Below are positions 40,406 to 50,178 of a stretch of DNA of 64,000 nt, piece after piece. The notes under the pieces were generated by a model. It was not told where the DNA came from and made no database searches. It saw nothing but the letters and a program-made list of their open reading frames with translations. Both the position numbers and the translations under genes were made by a program. The first letter of the stretch is position 1; the number at the start of each line of letters is the position of its first letter. The stretch lies in the sequence record NC_071039.1; one strand, 5' to 3'.

Positions 40406-40924
40406 ATGGCAATGCGTGTCATTATTACTGGTTGTAACGGTTATGTTGGTAAAACAGTAAGCAAATACTATTATACATTAGGATATAATGTAGTGGGATT
40501 TGATTTAATTAATTCAAAAAATAGTTACATAACTAATTTTTATCAAACTAGCTATGCATCTAGTATCGCAGAAGATATAATACTCGAGTCTGATGCAGAC
40601 ACGCTTATTCATTGTGCTGTAGAAAAAAGCAATACATTACAACAACATTTCTACCACAATAGTATTCAATTTATAAACTTATTATCAGTATTAAAAAATA
40701 CTTCTATAAAAGAAATAATAGTATTTAGAAATAAAAGTGCAGAAAATAATGATGCCCTTTTAAAACTCTCTAATAACACTAATAAAGACTATTTAGAAGA
40801 ATTTTCTAAATCGACAGGAATTAATTCAAAAATATATAATTTGTTAGATAAGAATAATGAACAACACATTATAGAATTAGTACAACCGTATTTAGAATTA
40901 AGTAAACACTTTTATATATTTTAA
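40406..40924 (+). CDS. truncated/degenerate NAD-dependent epimerase (SDR)-like protein
   Basis: RVIITGCNGYVG Rossmann motif, VVGFD, LIHCA. Only 172 aa and no evident YxxxK. Confidence 0.6.
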   Translation: MAMRVIITGCNGYVGKTVSKYYYTLGYNVVGFDLINSKNSYITNFYQTSYASSIAEDIILESDADTLIHCAVEKSNTLQQHFYHNSIQFINLLSVLKNTSIKEIIVFRNKSAENNDALLKLSNNTNKDYLEEFSKSTGINSKIYNLLDKNNEQHIIELVQPYLELSKHFYIF

Positions 40925-40935
40925 GGAGATATTAT

Positions 40936-41370
40936 ATGTACGATAAAAATTTTGTATCAATGGATCAAATGCCAGTTATTGTCAGTGACTTGGTTAGTGA
41001 AATAGACGAAGCAGGAATTTCTCCTAAAGTTATTATTGCTATTAGCAAAGGTGGACTAATTCCTGCCACTATGATTAGCTATTATTATGATTGCCCTATT
41101 GTAACATACGATCCGGTAGAAGATTGTTTTAGTACAAATAATGATATAAGTTCTGAATGCATTATCGTAGATGATGTTATCGATACAGGCAATACTGTAA
41201 ATTCTGTTATTTCTTTGTTAGAAGACGAATTCTTTTTTACAAAAGAAGACATTAGTAAAATTAGAGTAGCATCAATATTTGCAACAAGAAATAATACAAT
41301 TGTAGATTTTTATCATGACGAAATAAGTTACCATGATTCGGTAAGTTTTGAATTTAAACAATTTATTTAA
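40936..41370 (+). CDS. type I phosphoribosyltransferase (xanthine/guanine PRT-like)
   Basis: IAISKGGLIPA and IIVDDVIDTGNT (PRPP-binding loop). Confidence 0.85.
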   Translation: MYDKNFVSMDQMPVIVSDLVSEIDEAGISPKVIIAISKGGLIPATMISYYYDCPIVTYDPVEDCFSTNNDISSECIIVDDVIDTGNTVNSVISLLEDEFFFTKEDISKIRVASIFATRNNTIVDFYHDEISYHDSVSFEFKQFI

Positions 41371-41440
41371 TATAAAGTTATTCTTTACTTTTAGTATGAT
41401 TGCGTTTATAATGTATATTATAAAATAAAGCGGATTATGT

Positions 41441-42313
41441 ATGAAACACAGATATACTGAAAAGTTTTTCTCAGTCCAGGGAGAAAGCCTACATACCGGA
41501 AAACTATGCACTTGGCTTAGATTTTTCGGATGTTCGTTGCAATGTAGGGGCTTTGGACAAAAAGAACCTGGAAATCCCGAAACATGGGTAGAACAACGAC
41601 CGGATTTAATAGATGTAACAAACATTACAGATTATAAACAATTACCGACTCCTAAGTATGGATGTGATTCAGACTATTCTGTATTTGCTAAATTTAAACA
41701 TCTTGCAACAGAAGTCGATCCTGTTGTAGTTGCAAATGAAATAAAACAATTAATTCCTAGTAAAACATTTGGTAAAAAAATAGGTCATGTATTTACGGGC
41801 GGAGAACCGTTAGTAAACCAAGAATCTATAGTAGATATAGTAAATTATTGGATAGATACTAATGATTATCCTGCATGGATAGGAATAGAAACAAATACAA
41901 CTAGACCGTTAGAAAAATGCTTAATCGATTTAGTTAACAGATGTAAATCGATTGGTGTGCAATTTTATTTTTCTATGTCACCCAAACTACTTCATGTAGC
42001 AGGTGAACAACCCAAACGAGCTATCCATATAAATTTAATGAAGGAATATATAGATATTGCACCGGATAGCTATCTAAAATTTGTAGTAAATGAAGATCAG
42101 CGATCGTGGGATCAAGCAAAAAGTATAGTAGACACATTAAATGCTGACGGGTATTTACCAGATGTGTGGGTTATGCCAGTCGGAGGCATTTATTCCCAAC
42201 AAACAGACCCAGTAATTGGAAGACTTGCAGATAAAGCTATCTTCGAATACGAATGGAATGTTAGTTTACGTGTTCACGTATTAACCTGGGGTGACGATCA
42301 ACTAGGTAGGTAA
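41441..42313 (+). CDS. queE: 7-carboxy-7-deazaguanine synthase (radical SAM)
   Basis: EKFFSVQGE, RFFGCSLQCRGF...GCDSDYS, FTGGEP, IETN, SMSPK, LKFVV, VMPVG, SLRVH. Confidence 0.9.
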   Translation: MKHRYTEKFFSVQGESLHTGKLCTWLRFFGCSLQCRGFGQKEPGNPETWVEQRPDLIDVTNITDYKQLPTPKYGCDSDYSVFAKFKHLATEVDPVVVANEIKQLIPSKTFGKKIGHVFTGGEPLVNQESIVDIVNYWIDTNDYPAWIGIETNTTRPLEKCLIDLVNRCKSIGVQFYFSMSPKLLHVAGEQPKRAIHINLMKEYIDIAPDSYLKFVVNEDQRSWDQAKSIVDTLNADGYLPDVWVMPVGGIYSQQTDPVIGRLADKAIFEYEWNVSLRVHVLTWGDDQLGR

Positions 42314-42317
42314 AACC

Positions 42318-42737
42318 ATGAACCGTATTATCCTTTCTGTAGTGTTTAGTTTAATATCGTCGTATGCAGTATGCGGAGAAAATAAATCCTATATAAATCC
42401 GCATCTTCATGGAAAATGCGTCGGGATGGTTACTAAACTGTCTGAATATGCAAATACCGAAGTATTAACTTTAAAATTGTATAATATAGGTCAGGTACTT
42501 CATGCATACGGCAAATACACTGCACTAAAATCGAATAATGCAGATACAGCACTGTATGATCAAGGATTAGTTGACGGAAGAGAAACAGTTTCTAAAAATA
42601 TAGAAAATAACAATTTTAATGTTTTAGTAAAATATTATGAAGATAATTGTCTAGAAATATTTTACAAATCTGCAGACTGGTTATATCATAATAACATACA
42701 TCAGTTCAATAAATTAACGGATATTTTTAATAAATGA
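42318..42737 (+). CDS. hypothetical protein with signal peptide-like N-terminus
   Basis: MNRIILSVVFSLISSYAVCG hydrophobic leader. Confidence 0.6.
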   Translation: MNRIILSVVFSLISSYAVCGENKSYINPHLHGKCVGMVTKLSEYANTEVLTLKLYNIGQVLHAYGKYTALKSNNADTALYDQGLVDGRETVSKNIENNNFNVLVKYYEDNCLEIFYKSADWLYHNNIHQFNKLTDIFNK

Positions 42738-43345
42738 AAAAAAGATTATTTCCATTTTGGTTATGGCCATATAGCTGGGGATTACCTGCTAAACAGAAAG
42801 CTATTGCAAAAGCAGAGTATTATCTCGAAGGAGAAGAATTAGATAGGGAATTAGTAGCACTATCGAATACAACAAGCAAAGCCAAAGAAATTGAATTGTT
42901 ACATATTGATTTTAAATATGGTAAAATAACAGAATACGAATACGATGTTGCTTTAGCTAAAACTCAATACGATCCGGGTCTAGCTTTAGACTTAAAATTA
43001 GCTGATATAGATTTAAAGCATCATAAAATAAATGAAAGGGAACATAGCAAACGAATTGCTACCTTAAGAAAGTTACCTTGGGTAGATATAATAAAGATAG
43101 GCTTGTCTTCTTCTGATATTTCGACAGGAGAAATGGAATTAGACTGGAATGAATATTTTATAGAAGAATTGCACGAATACGGATATGTAGGTAGGACTGA
43201 CGAAGAAGTAGTAAATTTATGGTTATCTACTTTATGTAAAAATATCGCATTAGACGAATTCGGAGGAATGGGATCTGTAGACGATCTTTCAGAAGATAAT
43301 GACAAAATAGATAGCAAAGAAAACTATAAAAGGGAAGTTAAGTAA
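42734..43345 (+). CDS. hypothetical phage protein
   Basis: 203 aa, overlapping starts and stops with both neighbours. Confidence 0.75.
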   Translation: MKKRLFPFWLWPYSWGLPAKQKAIAKAEYYLEGEELDRELVALSNTTSKAKEIELLHIDFKYGKITEYEYDVALAKTQYDPGLALDLKLADIDLKHHKINEREHSKRIATLRKLPWVDIIKIGLSSSDISTGEMELDWNEYFIEELHEYGYVGRTDEEVVNLWLSTLCKNIALDEFGGMGSVDDLSEDNDKIDSKENYKREVK

Positions 43346-44331
43346 TGTCTAAAACTTATATTTTAATCGATACATTCAACATGTTTCATAGAGCAAAACA
43401 TGTAATCAGGTCCTCCTCGTTAGATGAAAAAGTAGGCATGTGTCTTCATGTAATGTTTAACAGTATACGCAAAGTATACAGAGACCATTCTGCAGATCAT
43501 GCTGTGTTTTGCATAGAAGGCAAATCTTGGCGGAAGGACTTTTATAAAGAATATAAGTTCAACCGAACAGCAGCTAGAATGGCAAGAACAGAAGCTGAAA
43601 TCGAAGAAGATGCTGCTTTAATGGAAGCATATAACGATTTAATTACATTCATTAATGATAAAACAAATTCTAGCGTACTACATCACCATAAAGCAGAAGC
43701 AGATGATATGATAGCTACTTGGATTCAAAATAATCCAAATGATAATCATATTATTGTTAGTTCAGACAGCGATTTTTTCCAGCTATTAGCACCTAACGTT
43801 AAAATATATAATGGAATTACAGAACAACTAATTACATTAGAAGGTTTCTTTGATAATAAAGGCAAACCTGTAATTGATAATAAAACAAAGAAACCAAAAG
43901 TGGCTCCTGATCCTAAATGGTTATTATTTGAAAAATGCATTAGGGGAGATAAATCTGATTTTATTTTTGCGGCGTACCCGGGTGCAAGAGAAACTAGTTC
44001 TAAAAATAAAGTAGGCATGCGTGAAGTATTTGCCGATATGGATAATAAAGGTTACGCATGGAATAATTTTATGTTGACAAAAATTACAGATTCTGCTGGT
44101 AATGAATTTGTTGTTCACGATAAGTACGAATTTAACAAAACACTAATTGACTTAACTTGTCAGCCAGATGATCTAAAAACAGAATTTAAAACAGTCACAG
44201 ATGTAGCTCGTAATAAACCGCCCGTATCTAACGTAGGCATCCATTTTTTAAAATTCTGTAATAGATGGGCACTAGAGCAAATCTCTAAATATCCAGACGA
44301 ATTTGCAAAACTTCTTAATGCTAAACCATAA
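43345..44331 (+). CDS. rnh: T4 RNase H-like 5'-3' exonuclease / flap endonuclease
   Basis: ILIDTFNMFHR, WRKDFYKEYKFNR, EADD, SSDSDFFQL, GDKSD. Confidence 0.9.
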   Translation: MSKTYILIDTFNMFHRAKHVIRSSSLDEKVGMCLHVMFNSIRKVYRDHSADHAVFCIEGKSWRKDFYKEYKFNRTAARMARTEAEIEEDAALMEAYNDLITFINDKTNSSVLHHHKAEADDMIATWIQNNPNDNHIIVSSDSDFFQLLAPNVKIYNGITEQLITLEGFFDNKGKPVIDNKTKKPKVAPDPKWLLFEKCIRGDKSDFIFAAYPGARETSSKNKVGMREVFADMDNKGYAWNNFMLTKITDSAGNEFVVHDKYEFNKTLIDLTCQPDDLKTEFKTVTDVARNKPPVSNVGIHFLKFCNRWALEQISKYPDEFAKLLNAKP

Positions 44332-44333
44332 TT

Positions 44334-44792
44334 ATGAAATTAAAATCATTATCTGAAACTTCGTGGATTGTGTTAGACAACCAGGGCGATAAAGTAGGTA
44401 TACTTACTAGAACCAAAGAAAAGCTCAATCTAATGACTCCCGGCGGATCTATGTTATTCGATACGCAAGATGATGCAAATACATTCTTCGGTGAAGATAT
44501 ATTTAGTAATATAGTATATGTTAGCAAAACAGAAGAAGTGTTCGAATTAGATGGATGGCCAGTATCTACCGCTAACCCTGTTAAGGCACAATCAGTAAAT
44601 AATCTTCCTTGTTACACTAAAACAGAGGGAGGAAAATCAATACACTGTGCCGGATATTATAGTATTAAATTTCCTGGATCATATATAAACAGTTTTTGTC
44701 CTAAACTTTCTACATTAGAAAAATACGAGTTTAGTGGACCTTTCAAAACTGAACTCGAAGCAAGAGCAACAACCAGTATTAATAAAAAATAA
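44334..44792 (+). CDS. hypothetical phage protein
   Basis: 152 aa ORF in operon. Confidence 0.7.
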   Translation: MKLKSLSETSWIVLDNQGDKVGILTRTKEKLNLMTPGGSMLFDTQDDANTFFGEDIFSNIVYVSKTEEVFELDGWPVSTANPVKAQSVNNLPCYTKTEGGKSIHCAGYYSIKFPGSYINSFCPKLSTLEKYEFSGPFKTELEARATTSINKK

Positions 44793-44803
44793 GGAAAATA
44801 AAA

Positions 44804-45094
44804 ATGCTCGATAACTATGAACTATTAGCAAAACAAGAATTAGAATCTATGTATAAAAACGTAGTATATGATTTAGGTGCCGACATTCCCACGACATTCT
44901 TTAATATTAAGTTATCCGAGCACATAGTTCCTAACTCAGAAGCAAATAGAACATTTATAAACAAATATACTAACTTAGTGCATGGTGAATGTATGGAATT
45001 AGTTTGGTATAGGGCAGTTTGTACAACAGATTCCAAAACAAATAATCTAGTTGTATTAAAATTAGAACGTTGCAGTTCTTATCAGGAAATTTAA
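44804..45094 (+). CDS. hypothetical protein
   Basis: 96 aa ORF with AAGGA SD. Confidence 0.6.
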   Translation: MLDNYELLAKQELESMYKNVVYDLGADIPTTFFNIKLSEHIVPNSEANRTFINKYTNLVHGECMELVWYRAVCTTDSKTNNLVVLKLERCSSYQEI

Positions 45095-45096
45095 TT

Positions 45097-45642
45097 ATGA
45101 ACAGAAGAAGTTATGATCCCGATTTGTTTAAACAAATAGAAGAAGACGTAGACTGTTATGTGTTTAAACACGAAATATTTAAAGATATCTATTTGTTTAT
45201 GGATGGTTGGGGTCAAAGTCACAGAACAAACGGTCCTGCTCTTATAATTCCTAATATATGCGAAGTTTGGTATAATCATGGAAAGATACACAGGGATAAC
45301 GGTCCTGCATTTTTTGAAATTACAAAAGACAATGAAGTTAGATATTGTTGGGTTTTAGATAACAATATAATTTCATGCAAGGATCAATACGATAACGTAT
45401 TAGGCACAGAAGCATATGGTGCTTGGGTAGAAGCAACATTAATAAATCATCCTAATTTTTTGGTATTTAATACTAACTATGTAACTCATGATTATGTATC
45501 TACTGCAAAGAATAAGTATATGCTCGGAGCTACTGATATGAAAGAAGATAATTCTAAATGGGCACAGTTGGGTTCGCAACACGATATATATAAAAATTTT
45601 AAACCAATTTGGATGTCGGAAGAAGAATGGATCAATAGCTAA
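45097..45642 (+). CDS. hypothetical protein with two HRxxGPA repeats
   Basis: HRTNGPALI...WYNHGKIHRDNGPA. ATG 45097 preferred over track start 45070. Confidence 0.65.
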   Translation: MNRRSYDPDLFKQIEEDVDCYVFKHEIFKDIYLFMDGWGQSHRTNGPALIIPNICEVWYNHGKIHRDNGPAFFEITKDNEVRYCWVLDNNIISCKDQYDNVLGTEAYGAWVEATLINHPNFLVFNTNYVTHDYVSTAKNKYMLGATDMKEDNSKWAQLGSQHDIYKNFKPIWMSEEEWINS

Positions 45643-45644
45643 TA

Positions 45645-45845
45645 ATGACGTTAGTAGTATTGTACATAATAATCCAATCTATTTTAGTAGGTATACTGCA
45701 TCATTTAGCTATAAGAAATCTTGTATTAAAAGAAAATTGGTTATGTGTATTTATACTATCGACTATATTATGGATATTATGGCCTATAGGTTATCTAATA
45801 TCATGTATATACGCAATGTATATTAAATATAAAAACCCTGTATAG
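45645..45845 (+). CDS. small membrane protein
   Basis: 66 aa with two hydrophobic segments. Confidence 0.55.
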   Translation: MTLVVLYIIIQSILVGILHHLAIRNLVLKENWLCVFILSTILWILWPIGYLISCIYAMYIKYKNPV

Positions 45846-45861
45846 TCTATACAGGGTTTTT
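45831..45861. terminator. bidirectional terminator
   Basis: AAAAACCCTGTATAG-T-CTATACAGGGTTTTT. Confidence 0.85.
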
Positions 45862-45921
45862 ATATACCCAGTAAATTATAAAATCAGATAAATAATACGA
45901 TGGCTATTACTGGAGATATAT

Positions 45922-46215
45922 ATGGCACGTCCAAAACCTACTATCCTTGTTGAACATGTAGATCCAAAAACATATAAATCTGAGCAAATACTCGAAGCTG
46001 AAGCTGTGTTTGCTGTATTTTATAAAGGCGAGCCTATCAATATACGGTCACAGAGTGCATTGATAGATTATGCTCCTAAATATAAGAAATCTACATTTGT
46101 TAACCCGGGCCATGCACTTAATTTGGCTGAACGTTTAAATGAAATGTTTAAATGCACTGACTTTACTGTTCATAAATTAATTGCAGGAGAAAAATACACC
46201 GGTGAAGAATACTAA
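45922..46215 (+). CDS. hypothetical phage protein
   Basis: 97 aa, GGAG SD, GATAAATA at 45887-45894 upstream. Confidence 0.75.
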   Translation: MARPKPTILVEHVDPKTYKSEQILEAEAVFAVFYKGEPINIRSQSALIDYAPKYKKSTFVNPGHALNLAERLNEMFKCTDFTVHKLIAGEKYTGEEY

Positions 46216-46552
46216 GCTTAGAGATTCAATTTTCTCTTATTTAAGAGAAAATAACGAATCTTTAACTGAGTTAACAGATATAGAACTTAATCGTTTTATA
46301 TTTGCACACCCTTCTAGTTTTAGACTGTCGTATGATGGTCTAAAACTATTTTCAAAACTATTCACTTCTTATACCTACCATATAGATTTTAAAATAACTT
46401 TCAGACAAAGATTGCTATTAGGTAGGCATCTAAAATTTCCTTATTATTTTAGTGATAAAAGATTAATATTGTTTTCATACGACGATTCTTTATATTTAAA
46501 TTTAATAGGCGATATAAAACTCTGGTTAGAATCGTTCGAACATAGTGTTTGA
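46181..46552 (+). CDS. hypothetical protein
   Basis: ORF overlapping the previous gene; the real start may be GTG 46202. Confidence 0.65.
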   Translation: MQEKNTPVKNTKLRDSIFSYLRENNESLTELTDIELNRFIFAHPSSFRLSYDGLKLFSKLFTSYTYHIDFKITFRQRLLLGRHLKFPYYFSDKRLILFSYDDSLYLNLIGDIKLWLESFEHSV

Positions 46553-46577
46553 CATATTTTAAATACTTTTATAAAAT
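46549..46577 (+). promoter_or_regulatory. sigma70-type promoter
   Basis: TTGACA-N17-TAAAAT upstream of ATG 46607. Confidence 0.7.
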
Positions 46578-46606
46578 TACAGTATATAAAGTGCTGTAAA
46601 ATTGTC

Positions 46607-46981
46607 ATGAAAAAATCTAAATCTATCACTAGAGCCGAAAACAAAAAACATCAACAATATATAACTAATATGAAATTAGGTGGCAATCCTAATAAGTACG
46701 GTAAATCTAATACTTATAAAAAACCTAATATAGAACTAAGTCCTAGTATACCTGCATGGGCTACTACACTATCAGAATACAAAAGCATAGAAACAAATAA
46801 ACCTATAAACAATGCTATTCCAGTCAAATATGAAGACGAATTTGCAATAAGAGAAGAAATTGCATTAAAAGAAAAAGAACGTAAAAAACAATTTGTTGCA
46901 GTAGCTTACAACAAGGGCGGATATGTATATTTAGGTGAAAATCCACCCGATGAAATTGTTAAATCAATTGGCAAAAAGTAA
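46607..46981 (+). CDS. basic hypothetical protein
   Basis: 124 aa; C-terminal AYNKGGYVYL. Confidence 0.7.
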   Translation: MKKSKSITRAENKKHQQYITNMKLGGNPNKYGKSNTYKKPNIELSPSIPAWATTLSEYKSIETNKPINNAIPVKYEDEFAIREEIALKEKERKKQFVAVAYNKGGYVYLGENPPDEIVKSIGKK

Positions 46982-46991
46982 AGGAACATTT

Positions 46992-47300
46992 ATGTTCTGC
47001 ACACTACTAAACTTCTTTAAAAAAGATGTAAAGGTATATGCTGTAGTGGTACTTGCTCCTGGCTTAATTTGTTATCTAAGCAAGTTAAATAATTTCGATT
47101 TAAAGATGGCAACAAGAATTTCTGGTTCAAAATATAAATTAGACGAAAAATTAATCGAAATAATTACTAAAGAAGATGCCATATTAAAAATGATATCGGG
47201 AGAAATTACTAAAGATGGTAAAAACTATGTTCGCTTTGTAGAAATACCAGATCGTCTTAGACAAGTATTAAAATACCATTACATCGCAAATGTGATTTAA
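46992..47300 (+). CDS. hypothetical protein
   Basis: ATG 46992 with AAGGA SD, inside track ORF 46935-47300. Confidence 0.55.
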   Translation: MFCTLLNFFKKDVKVYAVVVLAPGLICYLSKLNNFDLKMATRISGSKYKLDEKLIEIITKEDAILKMISGEITKDGKNYVRFVEIPDRLRQVLKYHYIANVI

Positions 47301-47338
47301 TAGAAAAATATCTAAAAAGGAACACGAATAGTATAAAA

Positions 47339-47875
47339 ATGAAATATTACACTAAATGGTTTTTAATGACACACAGAAATAAAATGTATGATTTTAAGAA
47401 TCTATCATTTTATATATTACTAGTAGGAAATGTAGTTTTTAATCCTATTATAGCGAGTTTCTTAATTATTCTCAAAATAATGCAATTATTGCAAAATAAA
47501 CCAGAATATTTAGATACTATCCCTGTGCTTAATGAAGTATTTTATATGTTTGTTGCTGAGTTAGTTTCTATATCTTATCGGTTTATAAATAAAACACCCG
47601 ATTATGAAATATTTCATTCTTCGTTTAACAAAAGAAAACCAAAACAACATAAAAATAATACATGTAAAAAAAGAAATGATCGCTGTATCGGGGAAGAAAC
47701 AATTAGCAATAAAAGATCATCATTTTATAATACAGGTGTTAAACTATATAAAGACAGCAAAGATAAAAGAAAACGATATGCTTATCCTAGGCAATCCGGT
47801 CCGCTGAGCCCCTGCTGGTATCCTACATTTAGACTTCCTAAATATTTTAAGAGAAAAAAGAAAAAAGGGCTATAA
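47339..47875 (+). CDS. hypothetical protein (hydrophobic N-terminus, basic C-terminus)
   Basis: 178 aa ORF ending in the terminator AAAAAGGGC-TATAATT-GCCCTTTTT (about 47863-47887). Confidence 0.45.
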   Translation: MKYYTKWFLMTHRNKMYDFKNLSFYILLVGNVVFNPIIASFLIILKIMQLLQNKPEYLDTIPVLNEVFYMFVAELVSISYRFINKTPDYEIFHSSFNKRKPKQHKNNTCKKRNDRCIGEETISNKRSSFYNTGVKLYKDSKDKRKRYAYPRQSGPLSPCWYPTFRLPKYFKRKKKKGL

Positions 47876-48077
47876 TTGCCCTTTTTTAATGATTAAAAAA
47901 TTACGTTTTACTATGTTGACTAACTATATAGTTATTTGCTTTAATAACATCCTGCTTTGCAAAACAACAAATAATAGCATTCATAAAAATTGTTAATTAT
48001 GTGTTGTTTTAAAAGCTACAAGCTGTAAAATGTAGGTGTTAAACAGCAAAACATATTCAACCACAGAGGCATTATAG

Positions 48078-49193
48078 ATGGCTAAAAAAGAAAACATCGT
48101 AGAAACGTATCTTCGTCCGACGGAGTGTGCTGCAATTATCCGCGGCATGTTCAAGGCGAAGCGTCCTGTGTTCCTCTGGGGTCCGCCGGGGGTAGGCAAG
48201 TCGGATATCATCGCCCAGTTGGGTTTCGAGGCTGACCGGCCGGTCATCGACATGCGTCTGATCCTCATGGATCCCACTGATATTAAGGGCATTCCGTACT
48301 ACGATCCGAAAACCAATACCATGCGCTGGGCTATTCCGTCCGATCTTCCGCAACCCGGCGAAACTACCCTGGACAACGCCATCCTGTTCCTGGACGAAAT
48401 GAACTCGGCGCCGGCGAGCGTGCAGGGCGCTGCGTATCAGCTCATCCTGAACCGTGCTATCGGTTCGTATAAGCTGCCCGATGGCGTCGACATTGTCGCT
48501 GCTGGTAACCGCGATACCGACAAGGGCGTTACTTATCGTATGCCTAGTCCGTTGGCCAACCGTTTCGTTCACTTGCAGATCGAAACCAACTTCGAGGACT
48601 GGCAGCAGTGGGCGCTTAACAACACGGTACACCCGGATGTAGTTGGCTACCTCACCCAGCACAAGCAGAACCTGTTCTGCTTCGATCCCCAAGATCGTAG
48701 CAAGGCGTTTGCTACTCCGCGAGCTTGGAAGTTCGTGTCCGACATCCTCCAACTCGCAGGAATCAACAAGGACCATCTGCTACGTGCGACTATCGCAGGA
48801 ACCGTCGGCGAAAGTCACAGCTACTCCTTCATGCAGCACATGAAGTATGCTTCGCAGCTTCCGAAGCCGGAAGATGTACTAACCGGCCGGGTAACCGATC
48901 TCAAAGTCGAAGAGATCAGTGCTCGTTACTCGCTCGTGGTCAGTATGTGCTACACTCTAAAAGAGTGGCTGGCTGACGTAGCTGACGCCGACAAAAAGTA
49001 CACTACCGAGGATTGGCACAAGTCGGTAAACTTGTTCTTCGAGTACATGATGAACAACTTTGCCCAAGAAATGGTCATCCTCGGCGCGCGTACTGCGTTG
49101 CGCGAATACCAACTGCCGATCAACAGAAAGTTGATCCCTTGCTTCACTAAGTTCTTCCAAGAGTACGGCAAGTTTATTGTCGACTCGAACTAA
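48078..49193 (+). CDS. MoxR-type AAA+ ATPase
   Basis: Walker A GPPGVGKS, IDMRL...DPTDIKG, Walker B LFLDEMN, AAGNR, PLANRF, TPRAW. Markedly GC-richer than its flanks. Confidence 0.9.
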   Translation: MAKKENIVETYLRPTECAAIIRGMFKAKRPVFLWGPPGVGKSDIIAQLGFEADRPVIDMRLILMDPTDIKGIPYYDPKTNTMRWAIPSDLPQPGETTLDNAILFLDEMNSAPASVQGAAYQLILNRAIGSYKLPDGVDIVAAGNRDTDKGVTYRMPSPLANRFVHLQIETNFEDWQQWALNNTVHPDVVGYLTQHKQNLFCFDPQDRSKAFATPRAWKFVSDILQLAGINKDHLLRATIAGTVGESHSYSFMQHMKYASQLPKPEDVLTGRVTDLKVEEISARYSLVVSMCYTLKEWLADVADADKKYTTEDWHKSVNLFFEYMMNNFAQEMVILGARTALREYQLPINRKLIPCFTKFFQEYGKFIVDSN

Positions 49194-49201
49194 GTAAGGG
49201 C

Positions 49202-49234
49202 AAAATAAAAGGGGCTTAAAGCCCCTTTTATTTT
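49202..49234. terminator. bidirectional terminator
   Basis: AAAATAAAAGGGGCT-TAA-AGCCCCTTTTATTTT. Confidence 0.85.
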
Positions 49235-49262
49235 ATATATTCATAGGATACAGAATTATAGA

Positions 49263-49718
49263 ATGAGAACACTAACTTCATCTTTGTTTGTCATTATAAT
49301 GACATTAGTAAATATCCTTTCTGTAATATATATGTATGTTACTAATGTGCCATTAATTTATATGCTTGTTGCAGTTCCTAATCAGTGTGTTATATCATTA
49401 ATTTCTTGTGTATACAGAAAAATCATAGCAGAATTTTTTTATATAAAGAGATTTAGTTTTTATAAACTAGAAGTCGTTTTAGACAAGCAAAGAGGGAGCT
49501 CAACAAAATATATTTTAAAATTAAATGTATTAGGTGAAACATATTATTACGATTTTCATGACAATCCTTTTTGCTGTCTTCCTATTTATGCGAATTTCTA
49601 TACTAATTCAGAATCATTGGCACTTAACACATTCCAAAGGTATGAAGACCAAGCTGAGCTATATAAAAAGAGCAGCGCCATTACTACTGTAATAAAATCT
49701 AGTAAAGGTACTAAGTAG
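49263..49718 (+). CDS. membrane-anchored hypothetical protein
   Basis: Two N-terminal hydrophobic helices followed by a soluble domain. Confidence 0.6.
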   Translation: MRTLTSSLFVIIMTLVNILSVIYMYVTNVPLIYMLVAVPNQCVISLISCVYRKIIAEFFYIKRFSFYKLEVVLDKQRGSSTKYILKLNVLGETYYYDFHDNPFCCLPIYANFYTNSESLALNTFQRYEDQAELYKKSSAITTVIKSSKGTK

Positions 49719-49719
49719 T

Positions 49720-50178
49720 ATGAGACTTCCGTTCAGTAACATATGTTTAATATTAGTACCTTTATTTGCTGTATTGATTACTATATGTATTATTCTAGAA
49801 TACCAAGAACATGTCGTACTGGCACTAGTAATAATACCTTTAATAGTATGTGTACTGTCTGTCAGTATATGCGGGATTGCGATATTGTTTTATTTGATGA
49901 TTCTCTGCGAAATATCTGAAAATAAATATTTTACTTCATTCGAAATAGAAGCTATAAAAAGAAAAGGTAAACCTACATTATATTTTATAAAAAAGATATG
50001 GCTGTCCGAAATATTTTATTTTAATATAAAACAAAATAGATTTTCTATAAGAAGACATATACATAGTTCGTATGATTCATTAGAAAAAGCACTAAAAGAA
50101 ATAGAACATATATATAAACAATACACAGAGACAGAATATAATAAAGTTGTGTTTAAAAAAGGAAAAAAATTAATATGA
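49720..50178 (+). CDS. membrane-anchored hypothetical protein, paralogue of the previous gene
   Basis: Same layout; similar F.(L/I)E...K.G....Y.(L/I)K...L.E..Y....N.F pattern. Confidence 0.6.
   Translation: MRLPFSNICLILVPLFAVLITICIILEYQEHVVLALVIIPLIVCVLSVSICGIAILFYLMILCEISENKYFTSFEIEAIKRKGKPTLYFIKKIWLSEIFYFNIKQNRFSIRRHIHSSYDSLEKALKEIEHIYKQYTETEYNKVVFKKGKKLI

Noticed and set aside
47604-47807. 67 aa alternative-frame ORF inside 47339-47875
   Set aside because: Fully nested, low complexity, no SD; a frameshifted gene cannot be excluded but nothing supports it.
48072-48776. 234 aa antisense ORF and other nested ORFs over the MoxR gene; similar ones over clpA (8000-8512, 8846-9235), the fibre genes and polB
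   Set aside because: Shadow ORFs caused by the codon bias of the real genes (few stops on the opposite strand); no motifs or SD support.
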